DNA from: Mobula birostris
Taxonomy: Eukaryota
Direction: 5' to 3'
Length of the DNA stretch: 64,000 nucleotides
Assembly: GCF_030028105.1 (NCBI RefSeq)
Contig: NC_092388.1
Span: 46,878,581 to 46,942,580 of the forward strand
Shown: positions 37,530 through 50,076 of the stretch, in pieces
Numbering within the stretch: position 1 is the first letter of the stretch
Layout of the letters: every line of letters begins with the position of its first letter
Notes under the pieces: model-generated
Database searches by the model: none
What the model was told of the DNA's origin: nothing
Seen by the model: the letters and a program-made list of their open reading frames with translations, nothing else
Made by a program: the position numbers and the translations under genes

Positions 37530-39562
37530 ACAGCTCTGTCATGGACTTTATCTGGAAATGCACAGAGGACTGTGTGTCTCGCAAGACGATCCGGGTATTC
37601 CCTAACCGGAAACCTTGGATGAATTATGAGGTCAAGTCCCTTTTGAAGGCTAGAGCTGCGGCTTTTAGGTCCAGGGATACCAGTCACTACACGGAATCCA
37701 GGCGTGAACTCCAGAAAGCCATTAAGGGCGCCAAGAGGCAATATTGAGCCAAGTTGGAAGCCCAGGCCAACCAGAGGGATGCCGGTAGACTATGGCAGGG
37801 TCTAAATGAGATCACTGGGCGCAAAGAAAAGGCTGGGAATATCAATAACTGTGGCGCTTCTCTTCCTGACGAACTTAACGTATTCTACGCAAGATTTGAA
37901 CAGAAGAGGAGCGTCCCACTCCCTCGAGATGAACCGGACCTGGTGGCATCGAGATTCATTGTCACCGAGGAGGATATTAGAAGGGCCTTCCTGAAGATAA
38001 ATCCAAGGAAGGTGATGGGCCCAGATGGCGTCCCGGGACGGGTTCTCCAGGCCTGTGCAAGCGAGCTAGCAGGAGTGTTTGCTGACATCTTTAACTGCTC
38101 CTTGCTTCAGTCTAAGATCCCCTTGTGTTTTAAGAAGGCAATGATAATCCCGGTGCCGAAGAACAGCAAGGTGGCATGCCTGAATGACTATCGACCTGTG
38201 GCTCTGACATCAATTGCTATGAAGTGCTTCAAGAGATTGGTTATGGCACACATCAACCACAGCCTACCAGTCAACCTCGACGTTTTGCAATTCGCCTACC
38301 AGAGCAACAGGTCAACAGCAGATGCCATCTGTCTGGTCCTAAATTCCTCCTTAGAACACCTGGAGAATAAAGACGCATACGTAAGGCTCCTTTTCATTGA
38401 CTACAGCTCTGTCTTTAATACCATCATTCCAAATAAACTGATTCCTAAGCTCCGGAACCTGGGCCTTAGCACTCAGATCTGCAGCTGGATCTTCAACTTC
38501 CTCACAGACAGGACCCAGGCTGTAAAAATAGGGGACAAGCTCTCCTCTACAATCACTCTGAGCACCGGTGCCCCACAAGGCTGGGTACTCAGCCCCCTGC
38601 TGTACTCACTGTACACCCATGATTGTGTAGCCAAGTTTCCATTGAACTCAATATATAAGTTTGCTGATGACACAATTGTAGGCTGTATCTCGGGTAATGA
38701 TGAGTTTGAGTACAGAGAGGAAATTAAGAACCTGGTGGCATGGTGCAAAGACAATAACCTATCCCTCAATGTCAGCAAGATGAAGGAATTGGTTGTTGAC
38801 TTCAGAAGGAGTAGCGGACCGCTCGACCCCATTTACATCGGTGGTGTGCCAGAGGAACAGGTCAAAAGCTTTAAGTTCCTCGGGGTCAATATCACAAATG
38901 ACCTGACTTAGTCCAACCAAGCAGAGTCCACTGCCAAGAAGGCCCACCAGTGCCTTTACTTTCTGAGAAAGCTAAAGAAATTTGGCCTGTCCCCTAAAAC
39001 CCTCAGTAATTTTTATAGATGCACGGTAGAAAGCATTCTTCTAGGGTGCATCACAACCTGGTATGGAAGTTGTCCTGTCCAAGACTGGAAGAAGCTGCAG
39101 AAGATCATGAACCCAGCCCAGCACATCACACAAACCAATCTTCCGTCCTTGGACTCACTTTACACCGCACGCTGTCAGAGCAGTGCTGCCAGGATAATCA
39201 AGGACACGACCCACCCAGCCAACACACTTTTCGTCCCTGTTCCCTCTGGGAGAAGGCTCAGGAGCTTGAAGACTCGTACAGCCAGATTTGGGAACAGCTT
39301 CTTTCCAACTGTGATAAGACTGCTGAACGGATCCTGACCCAGATCTGGGCCGTACCCTCCAAATATCCGGATCGGCCTCTCGGTTTTTTTGCACTACCTT
39401 ACTTTCCATTTTTTCTATTTTCTATTTATGATTTATAATTTAAATGTTTAATATTTACTATTGATTTGTACTCCAGGGAGCGGGAAGCGCAGAATCAAAT
39501 ATCGCTGTGATGATTGTACATTCTAGTATCAATTATTTGGTGACAATAAAGTATAAAGTATA
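37530..39562 (+). mobile_element. Rex1/Babar-type LINE, 5'-truncated
   Basis: ORF 37754-38911 is an RT (YRPVALTS, RLLFIDYSS.FNTI, TGAPQG..LSPLLY, KFADDT, FKFLG). C-terminal remnants run to 39337 and there is a tataaag tail. Confidence 0.92.
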
Positions 39563-39654
39563 TGTCTGGCAGCTTCAGGAGGGCAATTGCAATGTCATCA
39601 TGGAGATAATTAGGTTGTCTGTGTTCAATATGAAATTAAAGGCATCTGACTGAT

Positions 39655-40150
39655 ATCGATGCAGTTATAAAGAAGGTATGACAGTGACTATACTTCATTA
39701 TGAGTTTGAAGAGATTTGGTATGTCGATTAATACACACAAAAACGTCTATAGACGTCCCGTGGAGAGCATTCTGATGGGCTGCATCACTGTCTGGTATGC
39801 GAGGGAGAGCTACTGCACAGGACTGAATGAAGCTGCAGAGGGTTGTAAATTTAGTTGGCTCCATTTTGGGTACCCAGGACATCTTCAAGGAGTGTTGTCT
39901 CAGAAAGGCAGCGTCCATTATTAAGGACCTCCAGCACCCAGGGCATGTCCTTTTCTCACTGTTACCATCAGGTAGGAGGTACAGAAGCCTGAAGGCACAC
40001 ACTCAGCGATTCAGGAACAGCTCCTTCCCCTCTACCATCCAATTCCTAAATGGGCATTGAATGCGTGAACACTACCTCACTTTTTAAATATATATTATTT
40101 CTGTTTTTGCATTATATTTAATCTATACAAAATACATATACTGTAATTGA
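39655..40150 (+). mobile_element. Rex1/Babar-type LINE 3' fragment
   Basis: ESILMGCITVWY; HPGHVLFSLLPSGRRYRSL...RFRNSSFP. Confidence 0.8.
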
Positions 40151-40419
40151 TCTAGACAGATTGATTGCTGTATGCCCTACTGTCGACCGTTCCTTTTGTA
40201 CAACTCTCATTTTTCATAGGTATGCTTTGCTTTTGCTTAAGACCTGTGACATGTCTAAGTTCTCTATCCATACAATCCTTTGGCCTTCATCCTGAGGCCA
40301 AAGGATAGGACAGATAGATTTGGTAACCAGTCACAAAGCTTACTTTGTCAGTTATTTCTAACTTTTTTGTGTTCTGCAAAAGAAATGTTGATCTGAAATG
40401 TGAAATCTATTTTTAAGGT

Positions 40420-41810
40420 TGACGGTTCAATGAAGAGTGTGGAAGGTCATCATAGGTTGCAGTAGGACATTATTGGGATCCAGAGCTGTGCTGAGAAATG
40501 GCACCTGGAGTTCATTCTGGAAAAGTGTGAAATGACACACTTTAGAAAGTTGAGCTTGAACTCTGCATACAAGGTTAAAGGCAGGACCCTTAGCAGTGTG
40601 AAGACACAGAGGGAGCTTGGGTTCCATGTCCATAGGTTCCTCAACATTGCCATTAAGTTGATAGGGCAATGGTGTGTCGGTCTTCATTAGTTAGGGGATT
40701 GAGTTTAAGAACAACAAGATATTGTATGAAGTTTTGGGCCCCCTATCTTAGAAAGGATATACTGATGTTGGAGAGAGTTCAGAGAAGATTTATGAGGATG
40801 ATTCCTGGAATGCAGGGGCTAACATATGAGGAGCGTTTGTCGGCTCTTGGACTGTATTCATTAGAGTATAAAAGAATGAGAGGGGATCTCATTAAAACAT
40901 TTCGAATGTTGAAAGGGTTGGACAGAGTAGATGTGGAAAGGTTGTTTCCCTTGGTGGGTGAGTCCAGGACAAGAGGCCATAGTCTTAGAATTAGAGGGTA
41001 CCCAGTTAAAACAGAGATGAGGAGAAATTTTTTTAGCCAGAGGGTCGTGGATTTGTGGAATTCATTGCCACATACAGCTGTGGAGGCCTGATCATTGAGG
41101 GTGTTTAAGGAGGAGATTGACAGGTATCTAGTTAGTCAGGGTATCAAGGGATATGGGAAAAAGCCAGAAATTGGAACTAGATGGGTGAATAGTTTAGCTC
41201 ATGGGGGAGCTGCGGAGCAGACTCGAGGGGCCGAATGGCCTACTTCTGCTCCTTTGTCTTGTGATCTTTTGATATTATTGTATCTCTATAAAACTCTTGT
41301 TAGACCACACTTAGAGAATTGTTTTCATTATAGGAAGAATATGGAAGCTTCAGAGAGGGTCCAGAGGAGATTTACCAGGAATCTGCCTGGATTAGGGACT
41401 ATGTTTTATCAGGAAAAAAATCTGAGCAAGCTAGGGCCTCCTCTTCCTTCATTCTTTGGAGTGAAGGAAGATGAGAGGTGACTTGATAGAGGTGTTTAAG
41501 ATAAGAGGTATAAATAAAGTGGACATGCAGCACTTTTTTCCCAGGGCAGAAATGGCCAATACGAAAGGGTTTTAAGGTGATTTGAGAAATGTATCAAGGG
41601 GGATGTCAGAGGTGTTTTTTTTTACAGGGACTGCACTGCCAGGATGGTGGTAGAAGCAGATTTATTAGGGACATTTAAGATGGGCATATGGATGAAAGAA
41701 AAATGGAGTGTTATTTGGAAGGGAAGGGTTAGGGTGATCTTCAAGTAGGTTAGAAGGATGGAGGAAACTGTGGGCAAAAGGACCTGTGCTGTACTGTTGT
41801 ATATTCTATG
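40420..41810 (+). mobile_element. CR1 3' fragment with a second CR1 3' end nested at about 40725-41270
   Basis: FWAPYLRKDI...LERVQRRF...FFSQRVVDLWNSLP (40669-41091). The outer copy resumes with LYKTLVRPHLE. Confidence 0.8.
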
Positions 41811-42233
41811 GCCTTGAGTGTCAAGGTTCAAAGTACAGTACATATATGGTATATAACCTTGAGATTCATCTTCTTGCAGGCTGCCACAAAACAAAGAAAC
41901 ACAATAGAACCCATTCAAAGAAAAAAAACACACAAGACCATCAAACTCCCAACATGTGGAAAAGAAGGACAATCCATGCAAACAATAAAAAGTAAACAAA
42001 TAACATTAATTGCAGAGTCCCTGGAAGTGGTTCCTCAGTGCTGTGCTGACTGTTGCAGTGTTAGTTCAGTGCTGAAGTGCCCTGATCAAATTGTGCAAAT
42101 AATAAAAATAAAGTAAACAAGAAAGAAACTGCAGAGTCCCCAAAACGAGTCCACAGCTTCGGAGCATGTTCAGCACGGGGGCGACTCTGTCCAGAAGCCC
42201 GATGGCTGCCGGGCAACAACTGCTCCCAAACCT

Positions 42234-42527
42234 AAACACAAAATAACACTCACAACACGCTGCAGGAACTCAGCAGGTCGGGCAGCAACCGTGGAAAAGA
42301 TCAGTCGACGTTTCGGGCCGGAACCCTTCGTCAGGACTGAAGAGGGAAGGGGCAGAGGCCCTGTAAAGAAGGTGGGGGGAGGGTGGGAAGGAGAAGGCTG
42401 GTAGGTTCCAGGTGAAAAACCAGTAAGGGGAAAGATAAAGGGGTGGGGGAGGGGAAGCAGGAAGGGGATAGGCAGGAAAGGTGAAGAAGGAATAGGGGAA
42501 AACAATGGGTAGAAGAAGGAGGCGGAA
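42234..42527 (-). mobile_element. PLE 3' fragment with intact hammerhead, 8-bp TSD
   Basis: ccaaacct at 42226-42233 and 42528-42535. A pyrimidine-rich tract leads into the ribozyme motif. Confidence 0.75.
42303..42338 (-). ncRNA. Minimal type I hammerhead ribozyme, core intact
   Basis: Minus strand: AGUC-CUGACGA-A-GGGU UCCG GCCC-GAAAC-GUC-GACU. It has stem I AGUC/GACU, both core boxes, stem II and a GUC cleavage triplet. Confidence 0.78.
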
Positions 42528-43379
42528 CCAAACCTGGCAGCATGGGATGCAAGACTTCTTCCAGCCAGCAGCAACAAGAGAGACCAGTCAAATGCAGGTA
42601 GATGGCACCGAGCTCCCTGTTCATTTTCTGTTCTTGTCCTTGGCAATTTTAATCTTGGTCAATGCCTTACTTGGAGCAGAGCAATGGATTTGACCACAGG
42701 TTTGTGTTCCGCCATTAGGAATCGACAGGGAATCTCATCCACATTAAATGTCCCAGGATATCACAAAAGTGCCAGATTGTTCAGTTGGCTCAAAAATTCA
42801 TTCTTGGAAGCAAAACTAGAGGCTGCAATGTATCATGGCTCAGAAGTATATTTGGCAGAAGAGTATTCAGTACTATTGTAGGCTGTCTGCAAGATGTTGC
42901 ATTTGGTCACTGGCACCATTTTGCTGAAAGTCTTGATTGTATTATATTATTTGAATTTAACTAAACGTACCTTCAGTTGAATTCTGCTATAAATAATTCT
43001 TTAAACTGTTAACTCAGTCTATTATTAAATTAAAAGGAAAATTTTACATCGCACAATTTTAGAAAGAATTTTGTGGTTTTTTTTTCAAGTCTAAGGTCCA
43101 GTATAATTCATGTACTTGAAATGAAATTCCGAAGTAATTATATCTATTGATTAACCAGTAAATCTGAGAGGGATACCTTTTTGTATATTTATTAGAACAG
43201 CCAAACTAAGTTAAACATCTCTTTAACTATGTTTTACTCTCCTATATACTTCCTTGAGCAATTAATAATATATTTTATTTTAACAATGAGATATGTTTCC
43301 AATAAAACATTTTTTAAAAATCTGAACATCTGCAGGAAAATCTGCCTCAGAAAGTTAAAAGGGTAAGTACACTTGGGGG

Positions 43380-43930
43380 TGGGGCGTTGGGGGAAAGAGG
43401 GAATGGACCACGTGATGAGTGGTGACGTACACAAACATGTTTACATAGTTTGAAAGTAAGCTAGAATTTGAAAAAAAGAAAAGTAAATGAGTTGCTTAAG
43501 GGCATTGGAGTGTTAACCTAGGTGCAAGATGCCGATTTAAACAGAATCTACCGAAGCTGTATTTTGTGAGGGGGGTGAGTGGGTTGTGACGTTGAGCAGC
43601 CATCTTGCGCTGGTGTGGAGGCGGCGGCGGCGGTGATCTTTGCTGTCGTCTGATCTGACGGGAGCGCAGGGAGCCGAGCGGTGGCCCGGTCTGACAGGCC
43701 GAGAGTTAGCGGGAGCAGCCGACCTTGGGCGAGGGGCAGTGAAGGAGCGAGAGAGGAGGCAGTAGTCGGGCCGAAGGCCGTGGTTTTGTGCGGTTTTCTC
43801 ACGCCAGGAGCTCGCTTTAAGACTATGGGTGACCGAGAGCGCAGAGAGCGCGGCTCGCTCACACTGACGGGTTTGACCGGGTTTGTAGTCTCTTCTTGAC
43901 ATGGGCGGGGAGTGACAGTCAGCGTTAGTT
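43380..43930 (+). promoter_or_regulatory. CpG island / C6orf62 promoter and 5' leader
   Basis: CpG-rich. E-box CACGTG at 43409-43414, CRE-like TGACGT at 43423 and about 43587, YY1-type GCCATCTT at about 43599. Confidence 0.72.
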
Positions 43931-44873
43931 TGCAATATATATATACTTTATATATATGTTCAATACAAACAGCTTAGGAAAGGAGTTAAGGTAGAAAACC
44001 AAAACAATCAAAAGGCGGCACAGCAGGAACTCCCAACAGTTAAGCCTGTGAGCAGATCTATAGAGGCAAACATGATAAACAAGTGATTTTTTTTTGTTTT
44101 CTTTGTGTAGGGCGATGTCAGGAAACCGGTTAAAGGTTTACCACCATGTTGTTGATTGAATCCAAGTCTTTGGTAAAGTCAGAAATGCCCTTTGCTTGGT
44201 ATTTTGTTTGTTTCTACTCATGTGCCAATGAGCCGCGCCATGTAGTTGATGTGCCAGTGCAATCCTCTTTGTCTTTTATTGTCTGTCCTTAAAGCAAAAA
44301 CTAAAAAGGAAAAAAAAATACAATCACCTACTCCAATATGTTTGAAGACAACTGTGCCAGAGGCTGCAGGTAAACTTTTCAGGCTGTTTTTTTTTGTGTA
44401 AAAAGGCAAAAACCTGGCCTGTATGTAAACATGGGATCTGGCTACATCATTTCTGTGTCATCCTTGGGCACACCTGAATCTCAGTTAGGTGTTTAATTTG
44501 TTGGTTAGATCCATTGGTATCCATCATTGTAATCTAGTTTTAGTTCAGCAGGTTAAAATTTATCTCTAATTTGGATTGCTTTGGTTTGTAAGTTTTGTTA
44601 ATGTGAATTAAAAGTGAGTTTAGTTCCCTGCACTCTGATGTGACCGCGTATATATAGGGACTGTTATCATGACTGGACTCTGGCCAACATTTATCCTAAG
44701 TTTTTGCACAACACAGTTTTAGAGCTTCTGGACTAGTAGTTGTGGTAGTTTTTTTTTAAGTTAGTGCTACCAGACATGTTCTGTTGTGCTGTTTTCTTTT
44801 GAGAGAAATTGCCCATGTTAGATTTTGTCACTTTGTCATAAGCTAAAAAGAGGGTTAACACACTCAAAACAAA

Positions 44874-45002
44874 ATGGGTGACCCACACTCTCGGAAGAAC
44901 CAGACTTTAAATCGACTGCGTGCTCAACTTAGAAAGAAGAAAGAATCTCTGGCAGATCAGTTTGACTTCAAAATGTACATTGCCTTTGTATTCAAAGATA
45001 AG
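44874..45002 (+). CDS. C6orf62: C6orf62 homolog, coding exon 1
   Basis: aaaATGG start; [43 protein letters not shown]|gtaaga. Confidence 0.95.
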
Positions 45003-45201
45003 GTAAGATATGATCTTTCCTGGCATATTTGTCAAAGGTGAAATGTAGAATGCTTTCTTCTCTAGTAGTGGGGTGAGAAGTTGCTTTACAGAATATTTAC
45101 AGGGCAGTCCCTTGATAACTGTAATTGAGGTTCATTGAAGCATCTACATTGGCAGAAGTTCATTTAGGCTTCAATGTAACAGTCATGATAAAGAACATTG
45201 A

Positions 45202-45614
45202 TCTACCTACTTATTGCCTGTTGCGCCACTGGCATTTAGCGCAGCAATGAAGGTCCTCCATCTGTGGCGGTGTTCAGGGCTGCCTTCATTGTGTCATTAG
45301 CTCGGCTTTCACTACTGTCAGTCATGCAAGTTCAGGATAGAGACTCAGGAATACTGTTGCACTCAGATGTGGAAGGTTTCTTCATTGCTGTTTCCGTAAC
45401 AGTTTTGTTTTAGCAGTCAGGGTTATTAGCCCTGAACTGAACCCGGAGGACTGGTGGACCACTGTTAGTCCGGCCTCTACCCTTTGACCTGTTCGGCATG
45501 GGTAACCCTACCAAGAGCCAAAGCATAAAACCCTGACTCAGCTAGCATAGCTCTCCGGGTCATTGAGGCACATAAGCCTTCAAACTACGTCAAGGCTGTT
45601 GTCCTCTTGGGAGG
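45202..45614 (-). mobile_element. Complete non-autonomous RTE-derived element, 12-bp TSD
   Basis: aaagaacattga at 45190-45201 and 45615-45626. An RTE/Expander-like 5' leader is joined directly to an RTE-like 3' end with a ggta-repeat tail. Confidence 0.75.
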
Positions 45615-45687
45615 AAAGAACATTGAAGACAGTAGGGAAACTAGCAGTGATTGACAGAAAGGAGGAGAGCGGGAACTTATGGTGGAT

Positions 45688-46135
45688 CACAAACATGAGA
45701 AAATCTGCAGATGCTGGAAACCCAAAGCAAAACACACAAAATACTGGAGGAACTCAGCGAGTCAAAGAGTAAACAGTCAACTTTTCAGGCGGTGACCCTT
45801 CTTCGGGACTGGGGGTGTGGGGGGAGATGCCTGAATTAAAAGGTGGGGGGAGGGGAAAGAGGCTAGCTGGAAGGTGATAGGTGAAGCCAGGTGGGTGGGA
45901 AAGGTCAAGGACTGGAGAAGACAGAATCTGATAGGAGAGGGGAATGGACAGTACGAGAAAGGGGAGGAGGAGGGGACCCCAGGTGGGAGTAATAGACAGG
46001 TGAGAAGTACAAGGTCGGAGTTGGGAATGGCGAGGGGGAATTTTCTTCACCTTTTGAAGGAGTCAGTATTCATACCATCAGGTTGGAGGATACTCAGACA
46101 GAATATAAGGTGGTGCTCCTCCACCCTGAGGGTGG
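45688..46135 (-). mobile_element. PLE 3' fragment with degenerate hammerhead
   Basis: LRVEEHHLIFCLSILQPDGMN terminus and a degenerate ribozyme motif at about 45775-45810. Confidence 0.75.
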
Positions 46136-48536
46136 ATATAGTTGGTCGGATTAGCTGAATAGAAAGGTGCCAAGTAGAATCCCTGATCCCTGAGGAGATG
46201 TACTTATGGAACGGCAGCAAGAAGATGGGATGACATTCAGGTGTGGAGGAATAGTGATTTTTGGGATGCATGTCCACAGTCAGTTCTGGATAGTTGGGAA
46301 GCTTTTCTTTCGGTCAGACATAGAACAACTGGCAGTGATACTAGAATTGAAGATTTATTATTGTTCACAGTTCTGGTCCAAACAATGTGGGAAATGTGCT
46401 TACACTGGAGAGAGTGACGAGATTTGTAAACATGTTGCCAGTAGTGGAAACCTGTTGCCAACAGGGGAAGATTAGATAGGTTGGGGTTATTTTCTTCATC
46501 TATATAGAGGCTAAGGAGAGACTGAAAAATGTGAAATTGACGGCTTTGGATAGGTGAATAGAAGGTACCTAAATATACCCCTCACTAAAGAGACAAAACC
46601 AGAAGGCACAGATTTAAACCTAGAATAATCCTGGATGAGTGTTGTTGGACTTGCATTTGTCTAGCATGTGGAGAGTATTACATCGCATTACTGGCTTCTA
46701 TGAAAGGCCTTGAATGTCAGGAGGTAAGTCATTCACTGCAGGATACCCAGCACAGGCACAAAGGGCTAACTGGCCTCCATTTGTTTTAATTCTATGCTGT
46801 TCTGATATGGGCAGACTTTCCTGGAAAGCTGAGGAAATAACTGCTGTGGTTGTCTCTTTATCAAAAACTTAAGGGTTGTACAGAATTTCTTAATCACTTT
46901 GGAAACTGAGGTTAATATGACACACTTGATAGTTACAGTTAACCCTTCCAAGGATTCTCACTGTGCTTCCTTTGGATTATTTTGTGATTTGCATTGTCAT
47001 TTGACAGGGATATGAAGGTTTATTTGCTTTATCTTTACAATAAGTGAGGTAAAATGTTAGCTTGTCCACATTTGCTTATCCTGTAAATGACTACCATGAT
47101 TAATCCCACCCCAGTGAAACTCTGTAATCCAGTTTGTGTAGGGCTCTGGTGTTGGGCAAGCAAATTTTCTGGACTATCAGATACTATACACCTACACACT
47201 TCTAGTTCTCTTTCTGATGTTATGTAGTGGACTAATAAATTTTTCAATGTTCCAAGTGAGTTTAAAATTAATGCTTGAAATGGAAATGGATGTTTCAGAG
47301 TGCTGTGGGACCTTGGGCCCTGCCGAGTTCCAAGTGTGAGCTGAATTTCTGAACAACTGAACAGTTGTTAGAACTCTGAACTGAAGTTTTACTCTGTCCT
47401 TAATTTTTCTTATCCCTCATTTCAATATCCCTTTAGTCATTTGGTTGCTAATTAATGTTTATACGACACTCCTCAGTATACACTAACACTTCACAGACAC
47501 TTTAAATTGAGACCAAGAACACAAGCTGTTGTATCTGGAATAATTTTATTCAACCTCTTCATGCTACTTGGTTAAAGTGAAATGCATTTGAGCATGTGAA
47601 CAGTATGAAAAATGAATTTTATTGATCAGTTGGTTTCATTCAAATATTCTTTGCGATTTTTTTTCAATTGTCCAAATCATTTTTACAATATCACTCATTT
47701 CTGCTTGCTGTCTATATCTGTGGTTGACAATGTTTTCATGGGGATCTCAAGGAAAGGAGAATGGGGAATATACTGGTTGGATTGGGCTCTTGTTGACAGC
47801 ATTTGATTAGGTATCTGCTCCCTTGAAAATTTGATCTAAATACTGAGGCAAAGGTCACATCAGAGTTTTTAATAGACATCTGTAGGTAGTTGGAAGTAAA
47901 GGCAACTTAAGCAATATGGGAATAGAAAATAAGCACTTGATAATAGGACTACTACCCTAATGTTGGCTAGTTGAGTTAGGAGCATATTCCATCCTTCCTC
48001 AAAACAAGGCTTGATTAGTTGTTAGTTTTCCATTACATTAATCCCAGTTGACTGTCTCCTGATGACATTTGGATTGTTCTTGATGGTGATTTGTTTATAT
48101 TCATGCTTGTGTGCATTATATTTTTAATATAACTTACTTAAATTTGTGAGAACATGATTTCTGCTTAACAAGGATTCAATAATTTTGTTAAAGTATTTTT
48201 AAAGTTGAATTTTTAAAAAAAATTCCTTTCTTTGATATTTTTCTTCTTGCATTTCAGATTTTCCCCAACATTTTAGAAATTTCACTTCAGAAATTATTAT
48301 CCTGTGTATAATAGGTATAGTGTGTATAGTCCCTGTTTTTATTGTCCTGTGAAATGAAGAGCTTACATTTTTAAATGCAGCTTGCAATCCTTTCCAAATA
48401 GAGCTATTTTTGTGTTTATTGAATCAATATATTTTAAATCTGTTTTGAAAAATGCAACTTGGCAGTAATAATTTAAAAGAAGTAGCATAGAAAATGTTTT
48501 ATGTTAAGAATTATGATTCTGATATTATGATTTAAG

Positions 48537-48713
48537 AAGAAAAAGTCGGCACTATTCGAAGTGGCTGAAGTTGTACCAGTTATGACCAATAACTATGAAG
48601 AAAATATCCTCAAAGGTGTACGGGAGTCCAGCTACTCCCTGGACAGTTCCACAGAGCTGCTGCAGAAGGATGTAGTGCAGCTTCATGCACCACGCTACCA
48701 ATCCATGCGCAGG
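48537..48713 (+). CDS. C6orf62: C6orf62 homolog, coding exon 2
   Basis: [59 protein letters not shown]|gtaagt; 177 nt. Confidence 0.95.
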
Positions 48714-49909
48714 GTAAGTACTTCAGAAGAATTATATAAATTGAAGGTTTGCTTGGAATGACACAGAGTGGTAGAATATGTCACATCAAAACGTTCAATT
48801 AATAACAGCAACTTCCTTTATCGTAAGAGGGAAAAAGGTTTGTAGTTGTTTGTACATAGATAACCATTTTTTCCGCAATGTTCACAGCCAAAACAACCAT
48901 TGATACTCTTCAACACTGTAAACGCTGGAAGTAAGAAAATACTCAAAAGGTCTGGCAACAGAGTAGTGGGAGCAAGAAACAGTTTCAGGTCAAAGATCCT
49001 CAGTCAGACGTATTAATATCCATGGACTTGTAATTATTTATTGGCTTAAATATAAACCTGATTTTGATATGCTAAGGTCTTTTGATTTGTACTAATATGG
49101 AATCGTCTTGCTTAAGGCTGATCATTTTTCTTGTGACTGGTTTTATTCCATTTACTGATCAGCATCGTGTAAACTTAATTTGGTGATGCCAATAGTTTCT
49201 TGCACTCCCTTCAATTTTAACTGAAAAGCTGACTACTTGCCTTCGAGCTTATGATCTAATGGATCTTTTAAGATGGAACTTCAAATGTGATAATAGAAGT
49301 TCTCCTGGACTTTGGTTTGGTAACGATTCATTGATTTGAAATATTAGATTTAAACTCATTTGTTAAATCAACTGATGTTTAAATGTTTTGATGTAATATA
49401 TTTATTAGATTCTCTTCTATATGTCATTTCAAATTATTGTAAATGTTACTTTATTGATTAGCTTTTAAAACTGTTTAGATATGCTTATTTAGTTGTGGGA
49501 AGGCAAAAGTTGGTTCCATGGCTGAAAATGCAGTGCAACAAAGGAAATTTGGCTGTGGTAGATATGATCATCTGCAGGGATCAATTTATCCTCATTAATG
49601 CAAATATTCTTTTGTGGTTTAATGCTTTTAGAAGTTCTTGTTATTTTCTTTCTAAGCTATATTAGACTGGCATTGAAAGATGACGATTTTAGTTATTTAG
49701 AGCAAAGGGTAAGTATGGAAACTGGAAGTGGTTGTTAGCAATTCACATTCTTTTGACTTCTTGCCTTGTATTATAATGCCTTGTAACTCTTGATCCACAA
49801 CCAAGATTATCATTCTTCATAAAGTCAGAATCTTTGTTTTTGTGTTTCTTGATGTGGAATCCATTTAATATCTCTATTGGAATTTCTCTCATTTCCTGAC
49901 CTATTTTAG

Positions 49910-50035
49910 GATGTAATTGGCTGTACACAGGAGATGGACTTTATCCTTTGGCCACGGAATGATATAGAGAAGATGGTCTGTCTCCTTTTCTCCAAGTGGA
50001 AGGGTACAGATGGTGAGCCTTTCAGGCCTGTTCAG
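49910..50035 (+). CDS. C6orf62: C6orf62 homolog, coding exon 3
   Basis: ttttag|[42 protein letters not shown]|gtact; 126 nt. Confidence 0.95.
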
Positions 50036-50076
50036 GTACTGTTTGTACATAAACATGAGCCAAACTTTTGGATGCC

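Noticed and set aside
37754-38911. 385-aa RT ORF as an active element
   Set aside because: It is bounded by premature stops on both sides, 5'-truncated and lacks an endonuclease.
43537-43935. Minus-strand ORFs over the C6orf62 CpG island
   Set aside because: They are GC-rich, stop-poor frames with no recognisable protein features.
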